Assembly (NCBI GenBank): GCA_038851755.1
Contig: JAWCKR010000001.1
Coordinates: forward strand, 53,637-117,636
Source: Candidatus Hadarchaeales archaeon
Lineage (GTDB): Archaea > Hadarchaeota > Hadarchaeia > Hadarchaeales > WYZ-LMO6
Reading direction: 5' to 3'
Length of the DNA: 64,000 nucleotides
Shown here: positions 1 to 13,873 of the stretch, piece after piece
Layout of the letters: every line of letters begins with the position of its first letter
How positions within the stretch are numbered: position 1 is the stretch's first letter
Made by a program: the position numbers and the translations under genes
Notes under the pieces: model-generated
Database searches by the model: none
What the model saw: the letters and a program-made list of their open reading frames with translations, nothing else
Told to the model about the DNA's origin: nothing

Positions 1-1210
1 TGTCGCGGATCGCGAACCTGGCAAGCTGGGGTATGTCCGAGACCTTCTCGATCACGAGGGGCTTCGTGGGCCTCACCCTGATGGTGGCCATGTCCCCCCT
101 CTTTATGAACTGGGGATGCTCCTCCACCACCTGGCCCGTCTTCGGGTCCATCTTGTTGATGATTTCCGTGATCTGGCAGGCCACCTGAGCGGTGTGAACG
201 TGGAACACGGGCGTGTAGCCCGCCGCTATGGCCGTCGGGTGCTGCAGGACCGCTATCCTGGCCACGAACTCGCTAGCCACCGTTGGCGGGGAGCTCGGCA
301 GGCCCGCCACGTCACCCCTCCTGATCTCGTTCTTGGCTATACCCCTGATGTTGAACCCGATGTTGTCCCCTGGCTCCGCCTTGGGGATGGACTCGTGGTG
401 CATCTCTATGGACTTCACCTCGCCCGTCTTCCCGGAGGGCTCGAACACCAGGGTGTCACCCACCTTGAGCACGCCCGTCTCCACCCTACCCACGGGCACC
501 GTTCCCACACCCGTGATGGAGTACACGTCCTGGATGGGAATCCTGAGGGGCTTGTCTATGGGCTTGGGAGGTATCACGAAGGCGTCCAAGGCCTGCAGCA
601 TGGTGGGGCCGCTGTACCACTTCATTTTCTCGCTCGGCTTCGTCACGTTCTCTCCGTGGAAAGCCGCCACCGGTACGAAGGGGAACTTGTCCGCGTTCCT
701 GAAGCCAACCACCTTCAGCATCTCCATAATCTCCGACCTCAGCTTCTCGTAGACTTCCTTCTTGTAGTCCACGAGGTCCATCTTGTTGATGGCCACCGCC
801 AGCTGCCCCACCCCCAGCGTGAAGGCGAGGGCGGCGTGCTCCCTCGTCTGGGGCATGATCCCGTCGTCCGCAGCCACCACCAGGATGCCTGCGTCAGCCT
901 GGCTGGCCCCTGTAATCATGTTTTTGACGAAGTCCCTGTGACCGGGAGCATCTATCAGGGTGAAGTAGTACTTGTCGGTCTCGAACTTCCTGTGGGCGAG
1001 GTCTATCGTGAGCCCGCGCTCCCTCTCCTCCTTCAGATCGTCCATCACCCAGGCGAACTTGAAGGTCTTGCCCTTGTCCCCCAGGGCCTCGAACTTCTTT
1101 ATCTCCTCCTCCTTCACCGCTCCCTTCTCGAAGAGCAACCTCCCCAGGAGGGTGGACTTGCCATGGTCCACGTGCCCCATCGTCACCAGGTTCAGGTGTG
1201 GCTTGGCCAT
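1..1210 (-). CDS. tuf: Translation elongation factor EF-1alpha (aEF1A), 3' end truncated by window edge
   Basis: Reverse strand translates [26 protein letters not shown]...[20 protein letters not shown]...NKMD (GTPase G1-G4 motifs). ATG at 1210..1208. Reading frame runs off position 1. Confidence 0.95.
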   Translation of the reverse strand, partial: MAKPHLNLVTMGHVDHGKSTLLGRLLFEKGAVKEEEIKKFEALGDKGKTFKFAWVMDDLKEERERGLTIDLAHRKFETDKYYFTLIDAPGHRDFVKNMITGASQADAGILVVAADDGIMPQTREHAALAFTLGVGQLAVAINKMDLVDYKKEVYEKLRSEIMEMLKVVGFRNADKFPFVPVAAFHGENVTKPSEKMKWYSGPTMLQALDAFVIPPKPIDKPLRIPIQDVYSITGVGTVPVGRVETGVLKVGDTLVFEPSGKTGEVKSIEMHHESIPKAEPGDNIGFNIRGIAKNEIRRGDVAGLPSSPPTVASEFVARIAVLQHPTAIAAGYTPVFHVHTAQVACQITEIINKMDPKTGQVVEEHPQFIKRGDMATIRVRPTKPLVIEKVSDIPQLARFAIRD

Positions 1211-1241
1211 CTTCTCGACCTTAGTCTCGATTGTCCTCCCG

Positions 1242-1251
1242 GATTTAAATC
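1242..1251. promoter_or_regulatory. Perfect 10-bp palindromic A/T box GATTTAAATC between rps7 stop and tuf start; candidate internal promoter (TATA-like) for tuf
   Basis: Sequence ccGGATTTAAATCt. Centre lies ~36 nt upstream of the tuf ATG, with a GGGAGG run between box and start. Only A/T-rich element in the S7-tuf spacer. Confidence 0.3.
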
Positions 1252-1261
1252 TTTTTGCGTT

Positions 1262-1861
1262 TCACCTGGCCTTTTCGGCTATCCTCTCTATCTCTTCCTT
1301 CCTGGCCACGGCGTAGCTCTTGGAGTCGTACTGGGAGGCCAGGATGATCTCCTCTGCCAGGCACTCCTCTATGGGCTTTTTGTTTCTGAAGGAGGCGGCG
1401 AAGGCCCCCGCCGCCAGGTTCATCAGGGCCACGTCAATCCCCCTGGCTGGAGAGGCGTCCACCGCCAGGTGGTAGGTGATGCCCCCGTAGGTGATCCTCG
1501 TCGTTTCCTCCCTGGGGGCGGCGTAGTGGATGGCGTCCACCAGCACCTGCAGGGGGTTCTTCTTCGTCCTCTCCTCTATGATCTCAAAAGCCCTCTTCAC
1601 GATGTTGTAGGCCTTGTGCTTCTTCCCGCACGCCCCTGCCCCCCTGATCACCTTCCCCCCTATCTTCTTGGCCCCGGGACCCGACCTCATGACCTTGTTG
1701 ATAAGGCGCTCCACTATGGGCACCTCCGCTTTGCCCAAGCTCCTGGAGGCCTGCCTCCCCCCGGAGGACAGGGCGAGGGTGGGCTGCAATCTCAGGTACC
1801 TCTTCATCCCCGGGTCCCTGATCTCCACCCCCTCCGCGGACCACTTCCCAAAGTACTTCAT
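1262..1861 (-). CDS. rps7: 30S ribosomal protein S7 (uS7)
   Basis: MKYFGKWSAEGVEIRDPGMKRYL...NKVMRSGPG...HYAAPREETTRITYGGITY typical uS7. The track ORF starts at TTG 1867; ATG (MKYFGKW) at 1861 is preferred. Confidence 0.92.
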   Translation of the reverse strand: MKYFGKWSAEGVEIRDPGMKRYLRLQPTLALSSGGRQASRSLGKAEVPIVERLINKVMRSGPGAKKIGGKVIRGAGACGKKHKAYNIVKRAFEIIEERTKKNPLQVLVDAIHYAAPREETTRITYGGITYHLAVDASPARGIDVALMNLAAGAFAASFRNKKPIEECLAEEIILASQYDSKSYAVARKEEIERIAEKAR

Positions 1862-1871
1862 CTCCAAGCCC

Positions 1872-2300
1872 TCACCTCGCCGGTTTTTCCTTCCTGCCCT
1901 TCACCAGCTCCTTCAGGGAGACACCGTTCACCTTCACCACCCTGTACCTCACCCCAGGGATGTCCCCCTTCGGACCCCCCTGGGCACCTCCTATCCCCTC
2001 TATGATCACCTCGTCGTGCTCGTCGATGAACCCTATGGCCCCGTCACCGGGGGCGAAGGCGGTGACCTGCCTGCCGTTCTTCACGATCTGTACCCTCACG
2101 CACTTCCTTATGGCCGAGTTGGGCTGCTTTGCCTCCATCCCCACCTTCTCCAGAACGATGGCCCTCGCCTGCGGGGCACCCTCCAAGGGATCGGCTTTCT
2201 TGTCCAGCTCCAGCACCCTCCGCTGGTAAGCCGAGTCCTTCCACCTGAACCTCTGCCTGCTGGACCTCAGCTTCCTGGCCGCAAATTCTCCCTTTCCCAT
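1872..2300 (-). CDS. rps12: 30S ribosomal protein S12 (uS12)
   Basis: [20 protein letters not shown]...[30 protein letters not shown] typical uS12. ATG at 2300..2298. Confidence 0.93.
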   Translation of the reverse strand: MGKGEFAARKLRSSRQRFRWKDSAYQRRVLELDKKADPLEGAPQARAIVLEKVGMEAKQPNSAIRKCVRVQIVKNGRQVTAFAPGDGAIGFIDEHDEVIIEGIGGAQGGPKGDIPGVRYRVVKVNGVSLKELVKGRKEKPAR

Positions 2301-2321
2301 CTCATCCCTTCCGGCGCTCCC

Positions 2322-2746
2322 TCATTTTATTATTATGTTGTGGATTCCGCAGTTCCTCTGGGCAAGCTTCTTCGCCCTCTTGATCCTTGCCCCGCCCTTC
2401 CCTATCGCCAGCCCCTTGTCCTGCTGCCTCACCTCCAGCACCGCCACCTTCTTCCCGTCCTCCTCCATGAAGGTCAGGGAACCTATCTGGGCGGGGGAGA
2501 AGAGCAGCCTGAGGAACTCCTCCGGATCCTCCGAGTATCCCACCACCTCCACCTCCTTTCCGAGGAGCCTCCTGAGCTTCTTTATATGGCACCCGTTCTT
2601 CCCCACGCAGAGCCCCACCAGCTCCTTCTGCACCAGAAACACCAGCCTGTTCTCCCCCTCGCTGAGGATGCAATCCCTGGCCTTCACCCCGCTGACCATC
2701 TCCAGGAGGGAGATGTACCTCATCTCTTCCTCGCTGAGGGTGATGT

Positions 2747-2750
<4 letters not shown>
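2322..2750 (-). CDS. nusA: Transcription termination/antitermination factor NusA homologue (archaeal KH-domain form)
   Basis: 142 aa with two KH-like GXXG segments (GKNGCHIKKL, GKGGARIKRA). Conserved position between rpl30e and rps12. ATGA overlap with rpl30e. Confidence 0.88.
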
Positions 2751-6834
<4,084 letters not shown>

Positions 6835-6846
6835 TCCCTCACCTCC

Positions 6847-9800
6847 TCAGGCCTTGTCCCGCAGCCTTATGCGGGCATCCAGGCAGAGGGACCTGAGCTC
6901 ATCCAGCATCAGCTTGAAGGCATACGGCATCTCCACGGTGTAGATCTCCGACTCCTCCTCGCAGAAAGGACAGTAGGTCCTGCCCCTCCTCCTGTCATAA
7001 ACGGCGAAGTGCCCGCACCTACCGCAGACCAAAGCGTCGAACTTGTCCGAGCTCTCCAAAAGCCTGTCCCTGAGCAGCCTGGCCGCGCCGTACCCTATCA
7101 GGCAGTCCCTCTCCATCTCCCCGAACCTGAGCCCCCCTTCCCTCGCCTTTCCCTCCGTGGGCTGGTGGGTGAGGACCTGAACAGGCCCCCTGGACCTCAC
7201 GTGCACCTTGTCCGCCGCCATGTGGTGAAGCTTCTGGTAGTAGCAAACCCCTATGAAGATCTCTGCAGGAATCATCTCCCCGGTCATCCCGTTGTACATC
7301 ACCTCCTTCCCCACGGGGTGGAAGCCCCTCTCCTTCAGCATCTCCCTGATCCTCTCCTCCGGCTCTCCCTCGAAGGTGGTGCCATCCACCTCCTTCCCCA
7401 CCAGCGCGCCAGCCTTCCCCGCCACCATCTCCAGGAGCTGTCCTATCGACATCCTGGAGGGTATGGCATGGGGGTTGATGATGAGGTCGGGGACGATGCC
7501 GCTCTCCGTGAAGGGCATATCCGCTCCGTCCATCACCAATCCCACCACTCCCTTTTGTCCATGCCTGGAGGCGAACTTGTCCCCCACTTCGGGTATCCTG
7601 AGACTCCTCACTCTAACCCTTGCCGCCCTGTTCCCTTCAGCCGTCATCACCAGATAAACCATGTCAGCTATTCCCTCTTCCCCCGGCTTTACCCTGATGG
7701 AACTCTCCCTCCTTCCCACCTCCATCTTTACCCCAAACTCGTCCGTTTCCTCGAAGAATCGTGGGGGACTGGTCCTACCTATCACCACATCCTCCACCAC
7801 GAGCCTGGACTCCGGCTCCACTATTCCCTCCTCCCCGAGGCTGGCATAATGGGAGATGTCCGAGTACCCCCTGACTTCCTCGCTGGGTATCTCGAACTTG
7901 TCCCTCTGCCCACCGGAGTACCTTCCCTCCTCGGCCTCGTAGATGGTGAAGGAGGTGCTCCTTCCCAGTCCGCGGTCTATCGAATCCCTGTTGACTATGA
8001 GGGCATCCTCCATGTTGTAACCGCCGTAACATGCGATGGCCACCACCAGGTTCTGACCGCAGGGCCTCTCCCTGAATCCCAGGAGGTCCATCACCTTGGT
8101 CCCCACCAAGGGGCGCTGCGGATAGTGGAGGAAGTAGGCGTGAGTATCGGTTCTGGTGTGCATGCTCACGGAGAAAACCCCCAGGGCCTGCTTCGCCATG
8201 TTCGCCCCGTAGGTGTTGCGGGGTGACTGGTTGTGCTCGGCGTAGGGAATGAGGGAAGCGCTGCCACCCAGCATGGCTAGGGGGTGAAGCTCCAGATGGG
8301 TGTGCTCGGGGGTGAGCTCCTCGGGGTTGACCGCCACGTAGGTGTTCTCCTCCTCGTCCGCATCCAGGTACTCGACCACCCCGCTCCTGACGAGCTCGCT
8401 CCAGCTCATCCTGCCGCTCCTGAGCATCTCCAGGTGCTGATCGGTGACCAGGGGTTTGCCGTCCTTCACCACTATCAGGGGTCTCCGCACCCTTCCCGGA
8501 TCGCACCAGACCGTTACCTCGTTGGTGTCCTTCTTGAACCTGACGTTAACCTGGTCGCTGAGCTCCCCCTTCCTCCTTCTCTCCCTTATCTCGTTGGCCA
8601 GCTTCTCCCCGTCCTCCACCGTGCCTATCACCCTCCCGTTGAGGAAGACCGCCACCCTGCCGCTGCGCTCACCTCCCTTCCTGATGGGAAAGACCCCTAT
8701 CCCGTAGAGGGTCTTCTCCACCCTCCCCTCATCATCTCCCGTGGAGATTTCGGCGGTGAGGGCGAGGTTCTTCACCAGACCGCAATTGGGTCCCTCGGGA
8801 GTTTCCGACGGACATATCTTCCCCCAGTGGGTGGGGTGGAGGTCCCTAGCCTCGAAGTGCGGCTGGCTCCTGCTCAGCGGGGAGATGATCCTGCGAAGGT
8901 GCGAGAGGGTGGAGATGTAGTTGGTCCTGTCCAGGAGCTGGCTCACCCCCGTCCTCCCGCCGGGCCAGTTCCCGGTCGCGAGGGTGTGCCTGATCTGCTC
9001 GGTGAGGAGGTCCGCCCTGGCCGCCGTCCTGAGGTTGAGCTCCCTGCCCCTGGAGTGGGAGCGCTCCAGCTGATACTTGATGTCCTTTATGAGGTTGACG
9101 AGGGCCACCCTGAAGATGTTCTCCAGCATCTCCCCGCTCAGCTTCAGGCGCTTGTTCCCGTAGTGGTCCTTGTCGTCCACCCCCCTCCTGCCCAGGGAGA
9201 GCTCTATCACCCTCTCCACCATGCTGCCCAGGAAGTAGGCCTTGGCCAGCCTGTCCTCGGGGGAGGTGCCTATGTGGGGAAGGAGGTACTTGTCCAGGAC
9301 CTCCTGCGCCCTCTGGAGCCTGTAGCTCTTCACCTGCCCTATGGCCACCCTCTTCCCTATCACGTCCAGCGCGTCCTTCTCCGTCTTTATCTCCACGCCC
9401 TCCGTCAGGTTCTCGAAGAGCTCCCTCACGATCTCCGGGTCATCGGAGACCGCCTCCACGATGTCCTTGTCCTTGACCAGGCCCAGGGCCCTCATCACCA
9501 CGACCAGCGGCAGCTGCCCCGGGACAGAGGGGAAGGAAACCCGTATCAAGCCGTCCTTCTTGCGCTCCACCACCACCAGCGCGCGGAAGCCCCGGCGGCT
9601 GGAGAAAACCTTGGCCACCTCCACCCCCAGGCGCTCGTCCCTCTCCACCAGGATGGAGTTCGTGGCCAGATCATCCTGGATGACGATGACCCTCTCCGAC
9701 CCGTTGATGATGAAGTATCCCCCCGGATCCATGGGATCCTCCCCCATGGCCACCAGCTCCTCCTCGCTCTTTCCGCGGAGGACACATATTTTGGACTTCA

Positions 9801-10164
9801 GCATCACGGGAATTTCCCCTATCATCACCGTCTGGGGGGGAGACTTCTGTCCCTTGGAGACGATGCTCATCTCCAGGTGAAGAGGAGCCAGGTAGCTCAT
9901 GTTGCGCATCCTGGCGATGTGAGGGGTAACCGTGGGGGGCCTCGAATAGGACCCGTCCGCCTCCCGGAACCAGGGTTCTCCCACCGTGATCTTGCCGAAC
10001 TCTACATGGGTCCCCTCTATGTCCAGGTCTATCCCACCCACGTCGTCTATCACCCGCTGGAGGCCATTATCTATGAAATCGTTGTAAGAGTCCAGGTGCT
10101 GCCTGACCAGGCCCCTTTCCTTCAGGAAAGCCTCCACCAGAACCCATCGGTCCCGGAGCACCAA
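6847..10164 (-). CDS. rpoB: DNA-directed RNA polymerase subunit B, unsplit (single 1105-aa polypeptide)
   Basis: N-term ...GLVRQHLDSYNDFIDNGLQ, ...GQKGVVGLV..., C-terminal Zn ribbon CGRCGHFAVYDRRRGRTYCPFCEE. Not split into B'/B''. TTG start with GGAGGG 8 nt upstream. Confidence 0.97.
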   Translation of the reverse strand: MVLRDRWVLVEAFLKERGLVRQHLDSYNDFIDNGLQRVIDDVGGIDLDIEGTHVEFGKITVGEPWFREADGSYSRPPTVTPHIARMRNMSYLAPLHLEMSIVSKGQKSPPQTVMIGEIPVMLKSKICVLRGKSEEELVAMGEDPMDPGGYFIINGSERVIVIQDDLATNSILVERDERLGVEVAKVFSSRRGFRALVVVERKKDGLIRVSFPSVPGQLPLVVVMRALGLVKDKDIVEAVSDDPEIVRELFENLTEGVEIKTEKDALDVIGKRVAIGQVKSYRLQRAQEVLDKYLLPHIGTSPEDRLAKAYFLGSMVERVIELSLGRRGVDDKDHYGNKRLKLSGEMLENIFRVALVNLIKDIKYQLERSHSRGRELNLRTAARADLLTEQIRHTLATGNWPGGRTGVSQLLDRTNYISTLSHLRRIISPLSRSQPHFEARDLHPTHWGKICPSETPEGPNCGLVKNLALTAEISTGDDEGRVEKTLYGIGVFPIRKGGERSGRVAVFLNGRVIGTVEDGEKLANEIRERRRKGELSDQVNVRFKKDTNEVTVWCDPGRVRRPLIVVKDGKPLVTDQHLEMLRSGRMSWSELVRSGVVEYLDADEEENTYVAVNPEELTPEHTHLELHPLAMLGGSASLIPYAEHNQSPRNTYGANMAKQALGVFSVSMHTRTDTHAYFLHYPQRPLVGTKVMDLLGFRERPCGQNLVVAIACYGGYNMEDALIVNRDSIDRGLGRSTSFTIYEAEEGRYSGGQRDKFEIPSEEVRGYSDISHYASLGEEGIVEPESRLVVEDVVIGRTSPPRFFEETDEFGVKMEVGRRESSIRVKPGEEGIADMVYLVMTAEGNRAARVRVRSLRIPEVGDKFASRHGQKGVVGLVMDGADMPFTESGIVPDLIINPHAIPSRMSIGQLLEMVAGKAGALVGKEVDGTTFEGEPEERIREMLKERGFHPVGKEVMYNGMTGEMIPAEIFIGVCYYQKLHHMAADKVHVRSRGPVQVLTHQPTEGKAREGGLRFGEMERDCLIGYGAARLLRDRLLESSDKFDALVCGRCGHFAVYDRRRGRTYCPFCEEESEIYTVEMPYAFKLMLDELRSLCLDARIRLRDKA

Positions 10165-10168
10165 CCCC

Positions 10169-10423
10169 CTATCCCTCCACCACGTATCTGTACGCCACCG
10201 TTCTCCCTGCCGTGAAGCTCTCCCTCTTGATCTCCACGATATCCCCGGGCTTCGCCCCTATGACCCTCGCCACCGGGTCTGAACTCTTCAGCAGGGGAAG
10301 CTGATGGGGCCTCACCCTGTACCTCTTCAGGACCTCTTCCCCCTCCTCCTTTGACAGTACTCTATGCTCAGGCACCAGCGCGTGCCCCCGGGGATCGAAC
10401 TCCTCACTCATCCTCCCGCCCAT
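10169..10423 (-). CDS. rpoH: DNA-directed RNA polymerase subunit H (Rpb5 homologue)
   Basis: 84 aa; [51 protein letters not shown] matches the RpoH family. ATG 10423..10421 lies 1 nt from the tRNA-Lys 3' end. Confidence 0.9.
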   Translation of the reverse strand: MGGRMSEEFDPRGHALVPEHRVLSKEEGEEVLKRYRVRPHQLPLLKSSDPVARVIGAKPGDIVEIKRESFTAGRTVAYRYVVEG

Positions 10424-10424
10424 A

Positions 10425-10499
10425 CGGGCCTGGTGGGATTCGAACCCACGACTCCCGGCTTAAAAGGCCGGTGCGCTAGCCAGACTGCGCTACAGGCCC
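10425..10499 (-). tRNA. tRNA-Lys (anticodon UUU)
   Basis: Reverse strand GGGCCTGTAGCGCAGTCTGGCTAGCGCACCGGCCTTTTAAGCCGGGAGTCGTGGGTTCGAATCCCACCAGGCCCG. 7-bp acceptor stem, D-arm GCGC/GCGC, anticodon stem CCGGC/GCCGG with loop CTTTTAA, T-arm GTGGG-TTCGAAT-CCCAC, discriminator G, no encoded CCA; 75 nt. Confidence 0.9.
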
Positions 10500-10524
10500 A
10501 ACTAACGGAGGGGTCGAAACTACT

Positions 10525-10534
10525 TATATTTATC
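10525..10534 (-). promoter_or_regulatory. TATA box of tRNA-Lys promoter (probably also drives the rpo operon)
   Basis: Reverse strand reads aaagagATAAATATAAgtagtttcgacccctccgttagtt then the tRNA 5' G. The A/T box is centred ~30 nt upstream of the mature tRNA 5' end. Confidence 0.45.
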
Positions 10535-10600
10535 TCTTTCGGATAAGGGCCTGACGTGCCGATTTCCCGGACTTTGACTCCTCCGGGGACCCCCAAGAGC

Positions 10601-12082
10601 TCACTCGGCTTCGTATACCCTCCCCTTCTCCACCTCTCCCCTCTCGAACCTCTCCCTCATCTCGTCCGCTATCTTCTGCGCCAGGGGGGTGGGGTATTTC
10701 CCCGTGAGGCAGCCGAGACAGAGTTCCTCCCTCTTCATCCCCGTTGCCCTCACGAAGCCCTCCAGGGACTGATAGTGAACGGAGTCCGCCCCTATCAGGC
10801 GGGCTATCTCCTCCTCCCGGTGGGTGGAGCCTATCAGCTCCCCGAAGGTGGCCATATCTATGCCATAAAAGCAGGGGGAAAGGATGCGCGGAAAGGTGAA
10901 GTACATGTGGACCTCCGCGGCCCCGGCCATCCTGAGCTTCCTTATCACCCTCCTGGAGGTGTCACCCCTCACTATCGAGTCCTCCACCACCGCTATCCTC
11001 TTTCCCTTGAGGCTCTCCGTGACGTTGATCTTCTTGGAAATGATCTTCTCCCTCTCCTCGGAACTCGAGATGAAGGCCCGGTCCACCACATACCTGTGCC
11101 TCCTCACTCCCCTTTCCCAGGGTATGCCCGTGACCTCGTGCATTCCATAAGCCGCATCGTCACCCGTGGAGGGTATGGAGACTATCGCATCCACCCTTCT
11201 CTCGAGCTCCGGGTCTTCTCTGGCCAGGTTCCTCCCGAACTCCTCCCTCACCTTATAAACTGGCCTGCCATCGTGGAGCACGGAGTCGGGCCTGGCGAAG
11301 TAGGCGAACTCGAAGCTGCAGAAGGCCCTCCTCTCCCCCTCCACTATCTTCTCCCTCCTGGCCCCCTGCCCGGACCATATCAGCAGCTCCCCAGGCTGGA
11401 CCTCCGCCTCGTACCTGAACTCGTTTATGTCCAACCCCACGCTCTCGGAAGAAACAGCGAAGGTCTGGTTGTCCGGGCTGCAGCCGTAGCACAGTGGCTT
11501 TATCCCCAGCGGGTCCCGGAAGGCGAAGAGCTCCCCCCTCTGTGTGATGCCCACCACGGAGAAGGCCCCTTCCACTTCCCTCATACAGCCTTCCACCGCC
11601 GAAACCAAGTCGGAGTTCTTCAACCCCTTAAGCAGCTTCCTGGAGAGAAGCTCTATGTCGGAGGAGGAGCAGGAGGGACCCCTCGTCTTCCCCCTCAGCT
11701 CCGCCCTGAGTTCCTTCACATTCACCAGATTTCCATTGAAGGCCAAAGCCACCCTCTCCTCCCCCCCCATCACAAAGGGCTGTATGTCCCTGAGGAGCCA
11801 GTATCTGGTGCTCCTTCCGGAGGTGGCGTACCTCACGTGCCCCATCCCCACGTGGCTCTTGAAAGCCCGGAAAAGCCTTCTCACCACGGGATGCCTCACG
11901 GGTGGGAGCAGGCCGAGGGAGCGGTGGGTGAAGAAGTCCCCCTCCCTGAACTCCGCGAACCCGTGAGAGTGATGTCCCCGATGGTTCTGGGAGATTAAAC
12001 CCCAGTACACGTAGGGGAAGACCCCCTTGCCCTCAAAATCGAAAGCACCGAAGACCCCGCAGGACTCTCCAGAAACTTCCAC
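10601..12082 (-). CDS. purF: Amidophosphoribosyltransferase (glutamine PRPP amidotransferase)
   Basis: Short propeptide MEVSGES then CGVFG N-terminal nucleophile Cys. C-terminal PRTase domain (VVEDSIVRGDTS) and Fe-S Cys ligands (CLGCLTGKYP). Confidence 0.95.
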   Translation of the reverse strand: MEVSGESCGVFGAFDFEGKGVFPYVYWGLISQNHRGHHSHGFAEFREGDFFTHRSLGLLPPVRHPVVRRLFRAFKSHVGMGHVRYATSGRSTRYWLLRDIQPFVMGGEERVALAFNGNLVNVKELRAELRGKTRGPSCSSSDIELLSRKLLKGLKNSDLVSAVEGCMREVEGAFSVVGITQRGELFAFRDPLGIKPLCYGCSPDNQTFAVSSESVGLDINEFRYEAEVQPGELLIWSGQGARREKIVEGERRAFCSFEFAYFARPDSVLHDGRPVYKVREEFGRNLAREDPELERRVDAIVSIPSTGDDAAYGMHEVTGIPWERGVRRHRYVVDRAFISSSEEREKIISKKINVTESLKGKRIAVVEDSIVRGDTSRRVIRKLRMAGAAEVHMYFTFPRILSPCFYGIDMATFGELIGSTHREEEIARLIGADSVHYQSLEGFVRATGMKREELCLGCLTGKYPTPLAQKIADEMRERFERGEVEKGRVYEAE

Positions 12083-12113
12083 TCCCCCACCAGAGGGGGT
12101 TGGAGGTCCTCCC

Positions 12114-12956
12114 TTAAAATTTCTTTCCCGTAACTCTCTCGTAGCACTCGACGTACTTCTTGGAGGTCTGGAGAACGACCTCGGGAGGGAGGCGGGGGGC
12201 TGGGGGCTTCTTGTCCCATCCCACGCTGATCAGGTAATCCCTCACGTACTGCTTGTCGAAGCTCGGGGGGTCCTTCCCCTCCTGGTACCCCTCCAAAGGC
12301 CAGAAGCGGGAGGAGTCCGGGGTTAGAACCTCATCTATCAGGAGAAGCTCCCCACGGCTGGAGCCGAACTCGAACTTGGTGTCGGCTATCAGAACTCCCC
12401 TCTTCTCGGCCAAGGAAAAGGCCCTCTCGTAAAGGGAAAGGGAGAGCTCCCTGATCTCCTCCGCCACTTTCCTTCCCAGTCTCTCCACCACCTCCTCCCA
12501 CCGCACCTCCCTGTCGTGCCCGCTCTCCTCCTTGGTGGTGGGGGTGAGAAGGGGCTCCGGCAGCCTGGAGGCCTTCTTGAGGCCTGGAGGCAAATGAACC
12601 CCGCACACGCTCTTGCCAGCCGCATAGCTCTCCCAGGCTGACCCGTACAGGAAGCCCCTGACGATGAACTCGAAGGGGAAAGGGGAGGCCTTCCTCACCA
12701 GCATGCTCCTTCCGTCCACCGCCTCCACGAAGTGGCTCGGAACATCACTGAAGAGGTTGAACCAGAAAACGGAGAGCCTGTTCAGGGCCTCACCCTTGTG
12801 GGGAATGCCGTTCGGGAGCACCACATCGAAGGCCGAAATCCTGTCGGTGGAAACCACGAGGAGGTTTTCCCCCAGCTCGTAAATGTCCCTGACCTTCCCC
12901 CTCTTGTAGAGTTTGAGGGGAAGCTCCGATTGTAAGAGGGGCTCCTCTACCTCCAT
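12114..12956 (-). CDS. purC: Phosphoribosylaminoimidazole-succinocarboxamide synthase (SAICAR synthetase)
   Basis: 280 aa; ...LYKRGKVRDIYE...ADTKFEFG... typical PurC. 10-nt overlap with purE. Confidence 0.93.
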   Translation of the reverse strand: MEVEEPLLQSELPLKLYKRGKVRDIYELGENLLVVSTDRISAFDVVLPNGIPHKGEALNRLSVFWFNLFSDVPSHFVEAVDGRSMLVRKASPFPFEFIVRGFLYGSAWESYAAGKSVCGVHLPPGLKKASRLPEPLLTPTTKEESGHDREVRWEEVVERLGRKVAEEIRELSLSLYERAFSLAEKRGVLIADTKFEFGSSRGELLLIDEVLTPDSSRFWPLEGYQEGKDPPSFDKQYVRDYLISVGWDKKPPAPRLPPEVVLQTSKKYVECYERVTGKKF

Positions 12957-13426
12957 CCTCTCACAGCAGATTCGTCCGCGGAGAGGACTTCTTCCCTCCT
13001 CCTCCTCTGCCAGGAAGAGAGCTTCTCCGCCAGTCCTCTGTCCAACAGGGAGAGGATTTTGGCGGCTGCCAGGGCCGCCCCCTCCGGGTCCATCACCACC
13101 AGGGGGGCCACACCCTTGGGCATGCGCAGGGAGGAGAAGATGTCAAGGGGAAAGCTCTCCACCTTCACGGGGCAGGCTATCACGGGATGTCTCACCTGTG
13201 CGTCCACCATCCCGGAGAGAGCGTTGGACCTTCCCGCGAACGTGAGGTAGACCAGCTCCTCCCCGCTGCGCTCGTATTCCTCCAGCATCCGCAGGAGCCT
13301 ATCGGGGGTCTTGTGGGCGGAGGCCACCCGCTCCTCGAACCTCACCCCAAGCTCCCTCAGGAGGGCCCTGGCGGGCTCCGCGAACTCCACATCCGCCCTG
13401 GACCCGTAGAGGACTACGACCTTCAC
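12947..13426 (-). CDS. purE: N5-carboxyaminoimidazole ribonucleotide mutase / AIR carboxylase catalytic subunit
   Basis: 159 aa; MKVVVLYGSRADVEFAEPA...ASAHKTPDRL...FAGRSNALSGMV typical PurE fold. Confidence 0.9.
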   Translation of the reverse strand: MKVVVLYGSRADVEFAEPARALLRELGVRFEERVASAHKTPDRLLRMLEEYERSGEELVYLTFAGRSNALSGMVDAQVRHPVIACPVKVESFPLDIFSSLRMPKGVAPLVVMDPEGAALAAAKILSLLDRGLAEKLSSWQRRRREEVLSADESAVRGWR

Positions 13427-13463
13427 TGCACCCGGGAGAGGGTCGGTGGGGAAGTTTTTAATC

Positions 13464-13859
13464 CTACCGCCCTCGTCCAGCTTTCGACTCCCGGCGGCCC
13501 ATCGCTTCTTCCACGGCCTTCTTGATCATCCTCTTGGGTGGATAGGGGTAGTGCCTCCCCCCGTAGAAGTAAACCCTGCACCCGAGCTTGCACTCCCTTC
13601 GAACGAAATGACCAGCGCTCTCGGCAAGCTCCTCGCAAGAAGGGCACCTCCCCTTCGTGACCTCCTCTTGAACATCCCTACCATCCACCAGCACGGTGGG
13701 CGAACCCAAAAACCCGTGCTCCTTGGCCTTTTCCTCCGTGTCTATCAGTATTTCTTCCACCTCCGCTTTTACCCCCAGTTCTCTCAGGACCTCTCTGACC
13801 ACCTCCTTGGTCTTCAGGCACCATGGGCAGTCCAATATGTACAGAATCTGAATCTTCAC
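13464..13859 (-). CDS. Thioredoxin/glutaredoxin-fold protein (CPWC active site) with a C-terminal Cys-rich (CPSC...C..C) extension, embedded in the pur operon
   Basis: KVKIQILYILDCPWCLKTKEVVREVL...GSPTVLVDG is a Trx fold; tail ...GRCPSCEELAESAGHFVRRECKLGC. The track ORF begins at GTG 13928 inside purQ with no RBS. GTG at 13859 follows the purQ stop, preceded by GAGGGAAAGAAG; preferred start. Confidence 0.6.
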   Translation of the reverse strand: MKIQILYILDCPWCLKTKEVVREVLRELGVKAEVEEILIDTEEKAKEHGFLGSPTVLVDGRDVQEEVTKGRCPSCEELAESAGHFVRRECKLGCRVYFYGGRHYPYPPKRMIKKAVEEAMGRRESKAGRGR

Positions 13860-13873
13860 CTTCTTTCCCTCGA

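Noticed and set aside
10566-10587. Inverted repeat CCCGGA-(10 nt)-TCCGGG just downstream of the purF stop.
   Set aside because: It could be a terminator or processing hairpin, but it is only 6 bp and GC-rich without a following oligo-U tract. Chance palindromes of this size are frequent in GC-rich DNA.
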